Part shown: in pieces, positions 1 through 17,188 of the stretch
How the letters are laid out: the number at the start of each line of letters is the position of its first letter
Numbering within the stretch: the first letter of the stretch is position 1
Notes under the pieces: model-generated
The model's database searches: none
Told to the model about the DNA's origin: nothing
Seen by the model: only the letters and a program-made list of their open reading frames with translations
Assembly: GCA_964016885.1 (NCBI GenBank)
Contig: CAXHJY010001317.1
Span: 11,368-75,367 of the forward strand
DNA: 64,000 nucleotides
Source: Eledone cirrhosa
Taxonomy: Eukaryota
Reading direction: 5' to 3'
Translations under genes and position numbers: made by a program

Positions 1-26
1 ATATATATATATTTTATATATATATA

Positions 27-92
<66 letters not shown>

Positions 93-407
93 TTTATATA
101 TTATATATATATATATATTTTATATATTATATATATATATTTTATATATTATATATATATATTTTATATATTATATATATATATTTTATATATTATATAT
201 ATATATATATTTTATATATTATATATATATATATTTTATATATTATATATATATATATATTTTATATATTATATATATATATATATTTTATATATTATAT
301 ATATATATATATTTTATATATTATATATATATATATTTTATATATTATATATATATATATTTTATATATTATATATATATATATATTTTATATATTATAT
401 ATATATA

Positions 408-473
<66 letters not shown>

Positions 474-480
474 ATATATA

Positions 481-528
<48 letters not shown>

Positions 529-631
529 ATATATTTTATATATATATATATATATATATTTTATATATATATATATATATATATTTTATATATATATATA
601 TATATATTTTATATATATATATATATATATA

Positions 632-662
<31 letters not shown>

Positions 663-705
663 TTTATATATATATATATATATTTTATATATATATATAT
701 TTTAT
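1..705. repeat. (TA)n microsatellite with periodic TTTT interruptions
   Basis: Direct reading: atatatatattttatatatt units; the same variant type recurs at 3372-3875 on the other side of the Penelope element. Confidence 0.97.
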
Positions 706-1367
706 AATCAAAGTTGAGATAAAAAACTGAGATAAAAAATTGAGATAAAAAACTTCAAAAAAAATTGAAATACATTAGTATATATGCACTTTCATGAAAA
801 AAGAAATAGAAAAAGAAAATAGAAGGTTATCCAGATTCGATACTATAGACTTCCATGTGAATTTACGTGATCAACTCTGCAAATTCCTATTTCACATGAA
901 AACATTCTCATTGTGCTATAAAAATTCTAGTATACATATATGTGTACATACACACAAATATATATAGAATCTACATTAATTTTAACAATACTATTCTTGT
1001 CTTTACTCTACATGATTATCGTTCAAGCATAAATAGACAACAGATATCAATATATCAATAAAAATATCAAAAAATTAAAAATATTAAAAATAAAACACAG
1101 TATGCCCCTCAAATCAACCACAGAGATCAACCCTTCAAAATTAATTGACAATATATTGCCAAGTTCATTATAAGCATCAGAAACAAAAGCAAACAAAACC
1201 AAAATTATTTACCAAATCCTGTCTAGCAGAAATCATTCCAAAAGTTTAGGATACCCATTTGATCTACAGATGGTCTTATATTTATTATAGAAGTTTATCT
1301 AGTGTAAAATTTATTCGATATATTTGGAGCATCAGCTTTTAGGGTAGTTTAATTATTCATGAAGAAT

Positions 1368-1401
<34 letters not shown>

Positions 1402-1455
1402 ATCGAAAGATTTATCGGCGAGTTTCATAAATAATTATAAATCAAAGTAAATATA

Positions 1456-2488
1456 CTACATTTTAAATTTATATTTATATTTAAAAGTTGAGTTCAATCT
1501 ATGTCTGCAGCAACTGAATAAATTTGTCCGTAAATTAAGGGGATTTTAGATTTTAGTATAAAGAATATCTCCTCCGCGCAGAGGTCACATGTCTCAGAGG
1601 ATGAATTAAAAGGAATCCCTCTTGAGACTATATTCCAAGCCGTCGAATATCCAACGTTATCATGCTTAAGTTGCCAGAGTAAGCCTGATAGTGATGTTGA
1701 ATTTTTTTTGCTTGGATCTGTGAAAGAATTCTTGTGGTTATTATAGCGAAGTTTAAATTCTGTCGAGGTGGAACCAACGTAGTTAAAAGAATTTAAGTCC
1801 GTTTTAACATTACAGTTGTATATTATATTTTTAACTAAGCAATTGTTATTTAACGGACATTTAGATCTATCTCTACAGTTACATTTGTTTACTTGGATAT
1901 TATTTATGCTATTATCGGTATTTGGCTAGGTTTTAAATTCCTATTATTTATTCTATTAATATTTTGTGCTAAATTTTTGGTGGATGAGTAAGTTAATTTT
2001 ATAGTATGTCTATTGAAAATTGAGTGATACCTATGTGTTCTAGGGAAGCGATTATCAAGAGCATTAAAAAATAGTTTAGCGATGTGGGTTTTAATGTTTA
2101 GTGAGAAAGGGGGGGCAAACCATATTATATTCCTAGTTCTATTTCTTTTTTGGCTTTTGGAATTATTGTAATGCTTTCTATTATAGTTGTTAAAGTTGTT
2201 GCCGTAATTAAAATTGTTGTTATTTTGGTTAGTTTGTCTATTATTATCTATGTACATAATTTTATCACTATATCCTGCTCTAGCTAACGCTTCATTGTAA
2301 TACTGGGCTTTTTCGTCGAAAATCTTTTTATTAGATGAGATTCTAGAGATACGTTTTTGAACAGAGTTCACTATAGTATTTTTAACAGATCTGGGGTGGT
2401 TAGAGTTAAAACTGACATAGTTTAAGTTTTCATTCAACTTGTGAAATGGATAGTGAAGACATGTGTTGAGATTTAATGTTACATCTAT
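1456..2488 (-). pseudogene. Penelope-like RT C-terminus (DVTLNL..SNHP..WFAPPF), CNCRDRSKCPLNNNC linker and GIY-YIG endonuclease (IIY..YVG..R..NHKNSF..CDLC), frameshifted
   Basis: ORF 1904-2437 plus manual translation of 1456-1920; frameshifts near 1920 and 1540. Confidence 0.9.
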
Positions 2489-2892
2489 CTCAGTTTTTTT
2501 TTATCCCAGTTTTTTTATCTCAACTCTGATATAAACCTAGGAATTTTAAACTAGACATATGATCATTATTTTTCACACTTTATTGATACGTGTCTCATTC
2601 ATGAATACTGATATTTACATTATAATACCTAATTCATACGAATTGATATTTTTACATTGATGAAACATAATGTTTTAAATCTGCCTCGGTTATATCTGGA
2701 TATTTTTCTTTTCTCTCTATGTAACGGCTGTTTTCTTTCCTAACCACATATATCTCTCTCTACCTTAATACTAGAACTAAATAAATAAATAAATAAATAA
2801 ATAAATATATCATTGATACGTCATTCAACTGGTGCCCAACTACCTATTTTCTTTCTCTCTATCTCTATCTATATCTATCTCTCTCTATTTTT

Positions 2893-2924
<32 letters not shown>

Positions 2925-3171
2925 ATCTATCTCCCTCTGTGTTTTTTCTCTCTCTATCTATCTCTCTCTGTTTCTTTACATGAATTTCTTCTCTCTATCT
3001 ATCTCTCTATATCTATCTCTCTCTATTTAGTTGCATGCATTTCTTCTTTTTCTTCGCTTTTTTTCTTTCTTTTTATAACTGTCCCTAACATTTTTCACTA
3101 CCAAATCAACTTTTTAAATGGAAGTGGAAGCTGTAAGATATGTCAAATCTATCTATTTATAAGACTGTTTA

Positions 3172-3245
3172 TATTGTATTTTGTCTGAAGAAGGCATACC
3201 ATATTTTTAATATGATATCCCTGAAATATATATAATGAAATAAAT
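3172..3245 (+). ncRNA. Minimal type I hammerhead ribozyme in pLTR
   Basis: CTGAAGA (3185-3191), hairpin agg..catatt-ttt-aatatg..cct, GAAA (3223-3226), palindromic tatata stem III, weak stem I tattttgt/atgaaata. Confidence 0.7.
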
Positions 3246-3371
3246 ATGGTTTTATAAATATAGTTTCCATTTATTTAATATCGTAAATATACTCCAAATA
3301 CTTGTTGAGTGCTTTTATATCAGTTATAAATATTTACTCGTTGTAACCCAACAATTTAAATAAAACTTTGC

Positions 3372-3707
3372 ATATATATTTTATATATATATATATATAT
3401 ATTATATATATTTTATATATATATATATTATATCTATATATATATATTATATCTATATATATATATATATATATTATATCTCTATATATATATTATATCT
3501 ATATATATATATATATATTTTATATATATATTTTATATATATATATTTTATATATATATATTTTATATATATATTTTATATATATATTTTATATATATAT
3601 ATTTTATATATATATTTTATATATATATATTTTATATATATATTTTATATATATATATTTTATATATATATTTTATATATATATATTTTATATATATATT
3701 TTATATA

Positions 3708-3741
<34 letters not shown>

Positions 3742-3875
3742 TTTATATATTTTATATATATATATATTTTATATATATATATTTTATATATATATATATT
3801 TTATATATATATATTTTATATATATATTTTATATATATATATTTTATATATATATTTAATATATATATATATATA
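3372..3875. repeat. (TA)n with TTTT interruptions
   Basis: Direct reading. Confidence 0.97.
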
Positions 3876-4269
3876 TCATCATCATCATCATCATCAACGT
3901 TTAACGTCCGTGTTCCACGTTTGCATGGGTTTGGACGGGGGTAGTCCCACTTGAGGCAAGAGTGATTGTCTTGCTCGCATAGGACTGTCTGGCAGGTTTT
4001 CTACATTTGGATTCCCTTCCTAACACCAACCACATTTACAGTGTGGGTCTGGGAGGTTTTTACCGTGTTGCCTACACGGCCACATTACAGCGTGGACTGT
4101 GTGTTTTTTTGTCGTGATACCTACACGATCTCATTTGTTTTGGCCTATGGCGCGGCACCAACATAACTTTACATAGAACGGGGTGGTGTGGATGGGGTGG
4201 GGGTGGTGGTGGTGGGACGGGGTGTATTTTGTTAGAGATGCCTACTGGTTGGAGTAGGTTTTACTATAT

Positions 4270-6978
4270 ATTTAGGTAAGGCGGGTCTTCTCTGTTACTG
4301 AGTACCGCCAAAGGTCTCGGTCCAGTGACATTGTCTTGGAGAGGTGTAAGTGTGTGATGTCGGAGTTTATCAGCTCGTCCCAGGTTTTTCTAGGTCTGCC
4401 TATTCCGTGACTACCGTCTATCTTTATTGCCCTGCACTTTGTTATACAGCTATCGACTTACATGCGCATCACGTGTCCATACCAACGTAGCCTTCTCTCG
4501 AGTAAACAACATCTGATCCCTCTTATCTCTAATTTTTTCCTTAGTTCGTTTATGCTTTGCCGTTCACGTATATTACTGTTACACATCCAGCGGAGCATGT
4601 AAGCTTCGTTCCTCTCTAGTCTGCGTATATCCTCTGCACACAATGCCCAGGTCTCACTGCCATGCAGCATTGCTGTTCGTATGCAGGCATCGTACAACCT
4701 GCCTTTCATTTTTAGGGAGAACCCTTTAGCAGCTAATAGTGGTATAAGCTCTCTGAACTTTTTCCAACCAGTTCTGACTCTAGCTACAGTACTTTCAGAG
4801 CACCCTCCCCCACTGCTGATTTTATCGCCCAGGTAACGGAAGCTGTCCACTATTTCTATAGAACCCTCTGCGCAATTGAAAGAGCTAGTATTTTGTGGGC
4901 ACTTGCTGCTACTTATTGCACCAGAACACCGGCCACATGTAAAATCTATGTTCTTAGTTAGCTTACCTGTGATCCCACTACATCTTTTATGCACCCATAC
5001 TTTGCATTTAGGACATAAAATGGAGTTTCTACCTACGCCTTTCCTACATACCGAGCACGACCATTTCCCAGAAGGGACCGCCGCCTTGTTTTCTTTCCTA
5101 CAAACTAGAACTTTGGTCTTAGCCAGGTTAATTTTAAGTCCTTTTGACTCTAGGCCGTGCTTCCATGTTTGGAATTTCTTCTCTAGCTCGGCCATTGATT
5201 CCGCTATGAGTGTCAGGTCGTCTGCGTATAGGAGTTCCCATGGGCAGCCTGTCTTGAACTCCTCTGTTATAGCCTGAAGGGCAATAATAAATAGTAGGGG
5301 GCTGAGAACAGAGCCCTGATGGACGCCAACTTTTACGCTAAACTCTTCACTATATTCGTTGTTAATTCTAACTTTGCTGACTGTTTCTTTATACATGGCT
5401 TGTATAGCCCTCACAAGCCATTCGTCAACGCCTAGTTTTCTAAGAGCCCACCAGATAATGGAGCGGGGGACTCTGTCGAAGGCTTTCTCCAAGTCGACAA
5501 AAGCTAAGTAGAGGGGTTTACCTGTAGTTGTCGTACTATGAAAAGAGCGTCTGTGGTACTTTTGCCTGACATAAACCCGAACTGCATTTCATCTAGGTCA
5601 ATTCTCTCTCTGATTAGTTGGTCATCGCGTTGTAGAACATGCTTGAACTTTCTTTCCTCAGCTTCCCTTCTTGCTAAGTACACTTGTCTCCTAGCTTCCC
5701 TCCTGGCCACTTGATAGTCTTCTCTACTTCCCCCATCCCGCCATACTTTCCAAGCCTGCTTTTTGGCCTTAATTGACCCCTCCACCTTACTGTTCCACCA
5801 CCATGTTACTCTCCTCCTGCCTACAGGCCTGCTCCAGCCACAGACTTCGTCTGTCGCCAACAGCAGGTTTGCTTTCAGAAATTCCCACTCTCCCTCTATA
5901 TTGTCCGACTCTAAATGTTCTTCCTTACTGTCGAAAGCATCAAGTAATATGCTTTGAAATTTATTCCTGGCTGTGGGGTCCTTTAGCTTCCATATTTTCC
6001 TCCTGAGGATAGTCCTCTTCTGTTGTCGAGTACGTCTCGTCCTGACTATGAGGTCGCTAATTATCAGTCTATGTTGGGAGGTGCATTCTTCATGGGGGAG
6101 GGATTTAGTGTTTACAACAGACACTCTGTCACGTCTTCTGGTAAGGATATAATCTACCTGGCTTGTGTGTTCCCCGGATCTATAGGTGATCAGGTGATTG
6201 TCACGTTTTTTGAAGTTAGTGTTACAGATAGTTAGGTTATTTGCATCACAGAATTCCAGGATTCTGGAGCCTTCCTCATTTCTAGTACCAAACCCATAGC
6301 CTCCATGGATTTCGTCGTAGCCGTCACAATGTTGTCCAACGTGACCGTTTAGGTCGCCTGCAATAATTATATAGTCACTGTCGGATATTTGGGAGGTAGT
6401 TAGCATCAGTGTCTCATAGAATCTGTCTTTTATAGTGCCAGGCAGTCCGGATTGGGGTGCGTAAGCAGATATTACTGTCACCGTAGTTCTATTGAGGACA
6501 AGTCGTATTTTAATTATTCTGTCGTTCACTCTATTTACGTCTATTATCTTATCTGCCCACTTTTCTGCTACCATGATTCCTACTCCACCCAGTCCATCGT
6601 CGTTTCCCACCCAGAAAAGCTTATAACATCGTTTTTTACCCTCAATGAACCTAGCAGACCCACCCCTCCACCTGGTCTCTTGAATACAACAAACATCGAC
6701 CTCCTTACGTTCAATCATTTCTACAACCTCGTTAGCGCGACCCTTTAGGGTGCCTACATTTATGGTACCAACTCTGAAGTTTTGGATTGCGTTTGGGGGT
6801 TGGGGGCGGTGGGGGGCGGGGGCGATGGGGTTATGTTAGCCGTCCGCGGTCGAAACAATGAGGAGTGCTCGCATTCTCGTCCAAGAGGTGAATTTGTCTT
6901 TTTCTTTGGCATTGTCGCTGAGTGTCCAGATTTTTCTCTCTCTCTCCTCCACTCTCCAGGATTCCGCAGTCCATCCAT
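4270..6978 (-). pseudogene. RTE APE-RT(PHD) ORF, disrupted by a ~510-bp in-frame deletion at ~5618, a 19-bp deletion at ~5520 and a stop at 4458
   Basis: Comparison with the copies at 13122-16365 and 17581-20789. Confidence 0.92.
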
Positions 6979-7175
6979 CCATCATATATCGAAAGGCAAC
7001 CAGGCAAGCGATAGTATAGGCCTCTGGCTTCTGATTGGTCCGCGTAATAATACTGGTGATGCGTGGGGGCTCTGGCTTATGATTGGTCCACGTAATAGCA
7101 GTGGTGGTGCGTGGGGGCGAGAGGGAGGGGTGGTGGTGCGCGGGGGCGGGAGGGAGGGGTGTTGGGTAGCTAGGA

Positions 7176-7288
7176 ATTGAGGAATTAGGATTGTGGAGGT
7201 AGAGATGAAGGAAAATATGTACATTACGTTACATGAATATCGTGGGTAGACAGCAAAGCAATGAAATTTGGCGAAGTGAATTCCTATC

Positions 7289-7322
<34 letters not shown>

Positions 7323-8375
7323 GGTGGTGGTGGCCGCATGATGATTGTGTGTGTTAGGCGTTTGACCGCCATGCCTTCGAAGTAGCGGGTGGGGGGGGGG
7401 GCGAGGAAGCGGGAGTTTCGAAAGAAGGAAGAAGGAAAGGATTTTGTTTTTTGTTTTGAAAATACGCTAGAATTAGGAATTGAGGTTTGAAAATACGTTA
7501 GGAATTAAGGTTTGAAAATAGCAAGAAGGTAATGATTGAATGGGGTCCTTGCATTTAACAAGCGATTAACAAAAATACAAAATTTGTTCTGTTGAATACG
7601 ACCAAAAACTTTCGTATTTAACAATAAATAGAAACAGAAAATGTAGTTTGTTTTAGCGATAGATTGGCTATTTGGACTTGATACAAAATATGGATTGTTT
7701 TGAAAATACGCTAGAATTAGAATTAAAATACGCTAGAATTAAGATTTGTGGAGGGAGAGAGAGAATGAAATCTGTACATTACGTTACATGAATATCGTGG
7801 GGGTAGAGACAGCAAGCAATGAAATTTGGCGAAGTGAATTCCTATCATATATATATATATATAGAGAGAGAGGGGGGGTGGCCGCATGATGGTTGTGTGT
7901 GTTAGGCGTTTGACCGCCCCATGCCTTCGAAGAAGGAAGAAGGAAAGGATTTTGTTTTTTGTTTTGAAAATACGCTAGAATTAGGAATTGAGGTTTGAAA
8001 ATACGCTAGTAATTAAGGTTTGAAAATACGCTAGATTAAGAATTAAGGAATTTATAAGAAGGAGAAGAGATAGGAGGTAATGATTGAATGGGGTCCTTGC
8101 ACATTTAACAAGCGATTAACAAAAATACAAAATTTGTTCTGTTCAATACGACCAAAAACTTTCGTATCTAACAATTAATAAATACAAATGTAGATTGTTT
8201 TAGCGATAGATTGACTATTTGGACTTGATACGAAATATGGATTGTTTTGAAAATACGCTAGAATTAGGAATTGAGGTTTGTGGAGGTAGAGATGAATACG
8301 CTAGAATTAGGAATTGAGGAATTAGGATTGTGGAGGTAGAGATGAAGGAAAATATGTACATTACGTTACATGAAT

Positions 8376-8376
<1 letters not shown>
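7176..8376 (-). repeat. ~560-bp tandem monomers (~2.1 copies) in the RTE 5' region
   Basis: ttgtggagg..gtacattacgttacatgaat recurs at ~7191, ~7746 and ~8328, with the intervening blocks also repeated. Confidence 0.85.
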
Positions 8377-8431
<55 letters not shown>

Positions 8432-8448
8432 TATATACATATATATAC

Positions 8449-8519
<71 letters not shown>

Positions 8520-8580
8520 CATATATATACATATATACATATATATACATATATATATATATACATATACATATATATAC

Positions 8581-8677
<97 letters not shown>

Positions 8678-8678
8678 C

Positions 8679-8753
<75 letters not shown>

Positions 8754-8754
8754 C

Positions 8755-8849
<95 letters not shown>

Positions 8850-8853
8850 CATA

Positions 8854-11045
<2,192 letters not shown>

Positions 11046-11242
11046 CGTTATTCCGGGTTGAATCGGAGGTAACCACAGTAAGTAAGGTACTCAATACATA
11101 GCAGAGTATAACAGTTTTAATATAGATGAGATTCTACAGGACTAGAACTGTTTCATTCATTAGAAATCATCAGGAATCATGAATCATCAGGATTCCTGAT
11201 GATTTCTAATGAATGAAACAGTTCTAGTCCTGTAGAATCTCA

Positions 11243-11248
<6 letters not shown>
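11046..11248. mobile_element. Miniature pLTR-only Penelope-like element: 58-bp perfect inverted repeat, each arm a complete hammerhead
   Basis: Arms 11121-11178 and 11191-11248; gattc-CTGATGA-tttctaatgaat-GAAAcag-ttctagtc-ctGTA-gaatc; unique tail 11046-11120. Confidence 0.85.
11191..11240 (+). ncRNA. Type I hammerhead ribozyme (mirror copy on - strand at 11129-11178)
   Basis: Stem I gattc/gaatc, cores CTGATGA and GAAA, stem III ACAG/CTGT, GUA cleavage triplet. Confidence 0.85.
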
Positions 11249-12796
<1,548 letters not shown>

Positions 12797-12802
<6 letters not shown>

Positions 12803-15800
12803 TCTAACATACGCCTAACTCCGTAGTCAGCCCTTCAAACAGCATTTTTTTCTATCCTCTTTCCATTCCCCATGTATTTTCCAAAACAAATCTCTTGTAT
12901 TTCTGTCTTGATTGTAAAAATACGGAGTTTTTGTCGTATATTTACTAAACAAACCTTGTATTTTTGTTCGTTAATACGGGGTTCTCACTTAAAACCTATC
13001 TTCTCGCTCACAACTCAACACCCCTCCCTCCCGCCCCCACACAGCACCATTATTATTACGTGGACCAATCATAAGCCAGAGGCCTATACTATCGTTTACC
13101 TGGTCGCCTTCGATATGTAGGATGGTAGGATTACGGAGTTCCGGAGAGTTGAAGAGAGAAAAATCTGGACGCTCAGCGACAATGCCAAAGTTAAAGACAA
13201 TCACACCTCGAGGACGAAAATGCGAGCATGCCTCTTTGTTTCGGCCGCGGATGGCTAACATAACCCCATCTCCCCCCGTTCCCCACCTTTCCAACCCCCC
13301 AAACGCAATCCAAAACTTTAGATTTGGTACCTTGAATGTAGGCACCTTAAAGGGTCGCTCTAACGAGGTTGTAGAAATGCTTGAACGTAAGGAGGTCGAT
13401 GTTTGTTGTATCCAAGAGACCAGGTGGAGGGGTGGATCTGCTAGATACATTGTGGGTAGAAAACGATGCTATAAGCTTTTCTGGGTGGGAAACGACAATG
13501 GGCTGGGTGGAGTAGGAATCATGGTAGCAGAAAAGTGGGCAGATAAGATAATAGACGTAAATAGAGTGAACGACAGAATAATTAAAATAAGACTTGTCCT
13601 CAATAGAACTACGGTGACAGTAATATCCGCGTACGCACCCCAATCCGGACTGCCCGGCACCATAAAAGACAGATTCTATGAGACACTGATGCTCACTACC
13701 TCCCAAATAACCGACAGTGACTATATAATTATTGCAGGCGACCTAAACGGTCACGTTGGACAACATTGTGACGGCTACGACGAAATCCATGGAGGCTATG
13801 GGTTTGGTACTAAAAATGAGGAAGGCTCGAGAATCCTGGAATTCTGCGACGCAAATAACCTAACTATCTGCAACACTAACTTCAAAAAACGAGACAATCA
13901 CTTGATCACCTACAGATCAGGGGAACATACTAGCCAGGTAGATTATATCCTTACCAGAAGACGTGACAAAGTGACTGTCGTAAACACTAAATCCCTCCCC
14001 CATGAAGAATGCACTTCCCAACATAGACTGATAATTAGCGACCTAATAGTCAGGACGAGATGTACTAGACAACAGAAGAGGACTATCCTCAGGAGAAAAA
14101 TATGGAAGCTAAAGGACCCCACAGCCAAAAATAAATTCCAAAGCATATTACTTGATGCTTTCGACAGTGAGGAAGAGAAATTAGAGACGTACAAGGTAGA
14201 GGAACAGTGGGAATTCCTGAAAGCAAACCTGCTGTTGGCGGCAGACGAAGTCTGTGGCTGGAGCAGGCCTGTAGGCAGGAGGAGAGTAACATGGTGGTGG
14301 AACAGTAAGGTGGAGGGGGTCAATTAAGGCCAAAAAGCAGGCTTGGAAAGTATGGCGGGATGGGGGAAGTAGAGAGGACTATCAAGTGGCCAGGAGGGAA
14401 GCTAGGAGACAAGTGTACTTCGCAAGAAGGGAAGCAGAGGAAAGAAAGTTCAAGCATGTTCTACAACGCGATGACCAAAAACGTGAGGTGTTCAGGATTG
14501 CTAGGCAATGTGTCAAGGAAAACAGTGATATTGTCGCGGAGAAGTGTGTACTTAACGATGACGGCATACTTGCCATCACCGACGCCGATAAGAAGGTAGC
14601 TTGGAAGTGTCACTATGAAAGGCTACTAAATGAGGAGAATAAATGGGAGAAAGACAGTCTCCCCCACATCGACCCAATAGAGGGACCAGCAGTGTTAGTC
14701 GAGGGTAGTATAATAAGTAAGGCAATCAAAGATATGAAGACAGGCAAGGCGGCTGGGCCTTCGGAAATAGTTGCCGAGATGCTGAAGGCATCTGGTACGG
14801 TGGGACACACCATGGTCACCCGGATAGTCAACCAAGTCGTACAGAATGGGGTTGTTCCGAAGGACTGTCGCAGCAGCATTATCGTTAACTGTTATAAGGG
14901 TAAAGGAGATGCCCTAGATAGGAGTAACTATAGAGGCATTAAATTAATCGACCAGGTCATGAAGGTCACGGAAAAAGTTATAGCGCAACTAATCAGAGAG
15001 CGAATTGATCTAGATGAAATGCAGTTCGGGTTTGTGTCAGGAAAAAGTACCACAGACGCTCTTTTCATTGTACGACAACTACAGGAGAAGTACCTAGCTA
15101 AAAGTAAACCCCTATACTTAGCTTTCGTCGACTTGGAGAAGGCCTTCGACAGAGTCCCCCGTTCCATTATCTGGTGGGCTCTTAGAAAACTAGGTGTTGA
15201 TGAATGGCTTGTGAGAGCTATACAAGCCATGTATAAAGAAACAGTTAGCAAGGTTAGAATTAACAACGAATATAGTGAAGAGTTTAGTGTAAAAGTTGGT
15301 GTTCATCAGGGCTCTGTTCTTAGCCCCCTACTATTTATTATTGCCCTCCAGGCTATAACAGTGGAGTTCAAGACCGGCTGCCCATGGGAACTCCTATACG
15401 CAGATGATCTAACGCTCATAGCTGAATCAATGGCCGAGCTAGAGAAGAAATTCCAAACATGGAAGCACGGCCTAGAATCAAAAGGCCTTAAAATTAACCT
15501 AGCTAAGACTAAAGTTCTAGTTTGTAAGAAAGAAAATAAGGCGGCGGTCCACTCCGGGAAGTGGCCATGCGCAGAGTGTAGGAAAGGCGTAGGTAGAAAT
15601 TCCATTTTGTGTCCCAAATGCAAAGTTTGGGTGCATAAAAGATGTAGTGGGATCACAGGTAAGCTAACTAAGAACATAGATTTTACATGTGGCCGGTGTT
15701 CTGGGGATATAAGTAGCAGCAAGTGCCCACAAAATACTAGCTCTTTCAACTGCGCAGAGGGTTCTATAGAAATAGTGGACAGCTTCCGTTACCTGGGTGA

Positions 15801-16716
15801 CAAAATCAGCAGTGGGGGAGGGTGCTCTGAAAGTACAGTAGCTAGAGTCAGAACTGGGTGGAAAAAGTTCAGAGAGCTTATACCACTATTAGCCGCTAAA
15901 GGGTTCTCCCTAAAAATAAAAGGCAGGCTGTACGATGCCTGCATACGAACAGCAATGTTGCATGGCAGTGAGACCTGGGCATTGTGTGCAGAGGATATAC
16001 GCAGACTAGAGAGAAACGAAGCTTGCATGCTCCGCTGGATGTGTAATAGTAATATACGTGAACGACAAAGCATAAATGAACTAAGGAAAAAATTAGAAAT
16101 AAGAGGGATCAGATGTTGTTTACTAGAGAGAAGGCTACGTTGGTATGGTCACGTGATGCGCATGAAGGGTGATAGCTGTATAACAAAGTGCAGGGCAATA
16201 AAGATAGACGGTAGCCACGGAATAGGCAGACCCAGAAAAACCTGGGACGAGCTGATAAACACCGACCTCACACACTTACACCTCACCAAGACAATGTCAC
16301 TGGACCGAGACCTTTGGCGGTACTCAGTAATAGAGAAGACCCGCCTTGCCAGTAGGCATCTCTAACAAAATACACCACGTCCCACCACCACAACCCCCAC
16401 CCCATCCACACCACCCCGTTCTATGTAAAGTTATGTTGGTGCCGCGCCATCCAGGCCGAAACAAATGAGATCGTGTAGGTGTCACGACAAAAAAACACAC
16501 AGTCCACGCTGTAATGTGGCCGTGTAGGCAACACGGTAAAAACCTCCCAGACCCACACTGTAAATGTGGTTGGTGTTAGGAAGGGCATCCAACTGTAGAA
16601 AACCTGCCAGACAGTCCTATGCGAGCAAGAAAATCACTCTTGCCTCAAGTGGGACTACCCCCGTCCAAACCCATGCAAGCGTGGAACACGGACGTTAAAC
16701 GTTGATGATGATGATG
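12797..16716 (+). mobile_element. RTE-clade LINE family A, near-intact full-length copy
   Basis: 5' UTR, single long APE-RT ORF, ~340-bp 3' UTR, (GAT)n tail. Confidence 0.97.
13122..16365 (+). CDS. RTE polyprotein: AP endonuclease, reverse transcriptase and inserted PHD finger; one frameshift in a G run at ~14315-14319
   Basis: ORFs 13122-14327 and 14386-16365 join if ggggg is read as gggg, as in the other copies; YADD intact. Confidence 0.9.
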
Positions 16717-16737
16717 ATATATATACATATATATGTA

Positions 16738-16815
<78 letters not shown>

Positions 16816-16819
16816 CATA

Positions 16820-16895
<76 letters not shown>

Positions 16896-16900
16896 TATAT

Positions 16901-17077
16901 ATACATCTATCTATCTATCTAAGGCGGGTAAAATTCCCGAGATCCATGGACGAGTTCTCTCCAGCGGTCTCTGTCCCTCATTATCGCTGCCATATCCTGC
17001 ATCTCCAACAGACCAGTGTCTGTCCTTAGGGCATCAACATATGTTAACCTTGGTCTTCCCCTTCTAGTGTGTCCATG
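16901..17077 (-). mobile_element. 3' fragment of a third RTE-like LINE with a (TAGA)n tail
   Basis: [33 protein letters not shown] is a typical RTE C-terminus; the stop is followed by tagatagataga. Confidence 0.75.
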
Positions 17078-17120
17078 TATATATATACATATATATACAT
17101 GTATATATATACATATATAT

Positions 17121-17171
<51 letters not shown>

Positions 17172-17188
17172 TATGTATATATATATAT

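Larger units (their letters stand above)
706..3371 (-). mobile_element. Penelope-like element (Naiad-like), 5'-truncated, with inverted pLTR at ~2487-3371
   Basis: Minus strand encodes RT C-terminus plus GIY-YIG; 701-745 (aaagttgagataaaaaactgagata) is an imperfect reverse complement of 2487-2535; hammerhead core in the inverted pLTR. Confidence 0.88.
3876..8376 (-). mobile_element. RTE-clade LINE family A, near full length with internal deletions; (GAT)n tail at 3876
   Basis: APE (DVCCIQETRW, AGDLNGHVG, SQHRLI) at 5504-6718 and RT ([14 protein letters not shown]) at 4458-5492; 3' UTR ending ggacgttaaacgttgatgatgat; 5' UTR homologous to the other copies. Confidence 0.95.
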
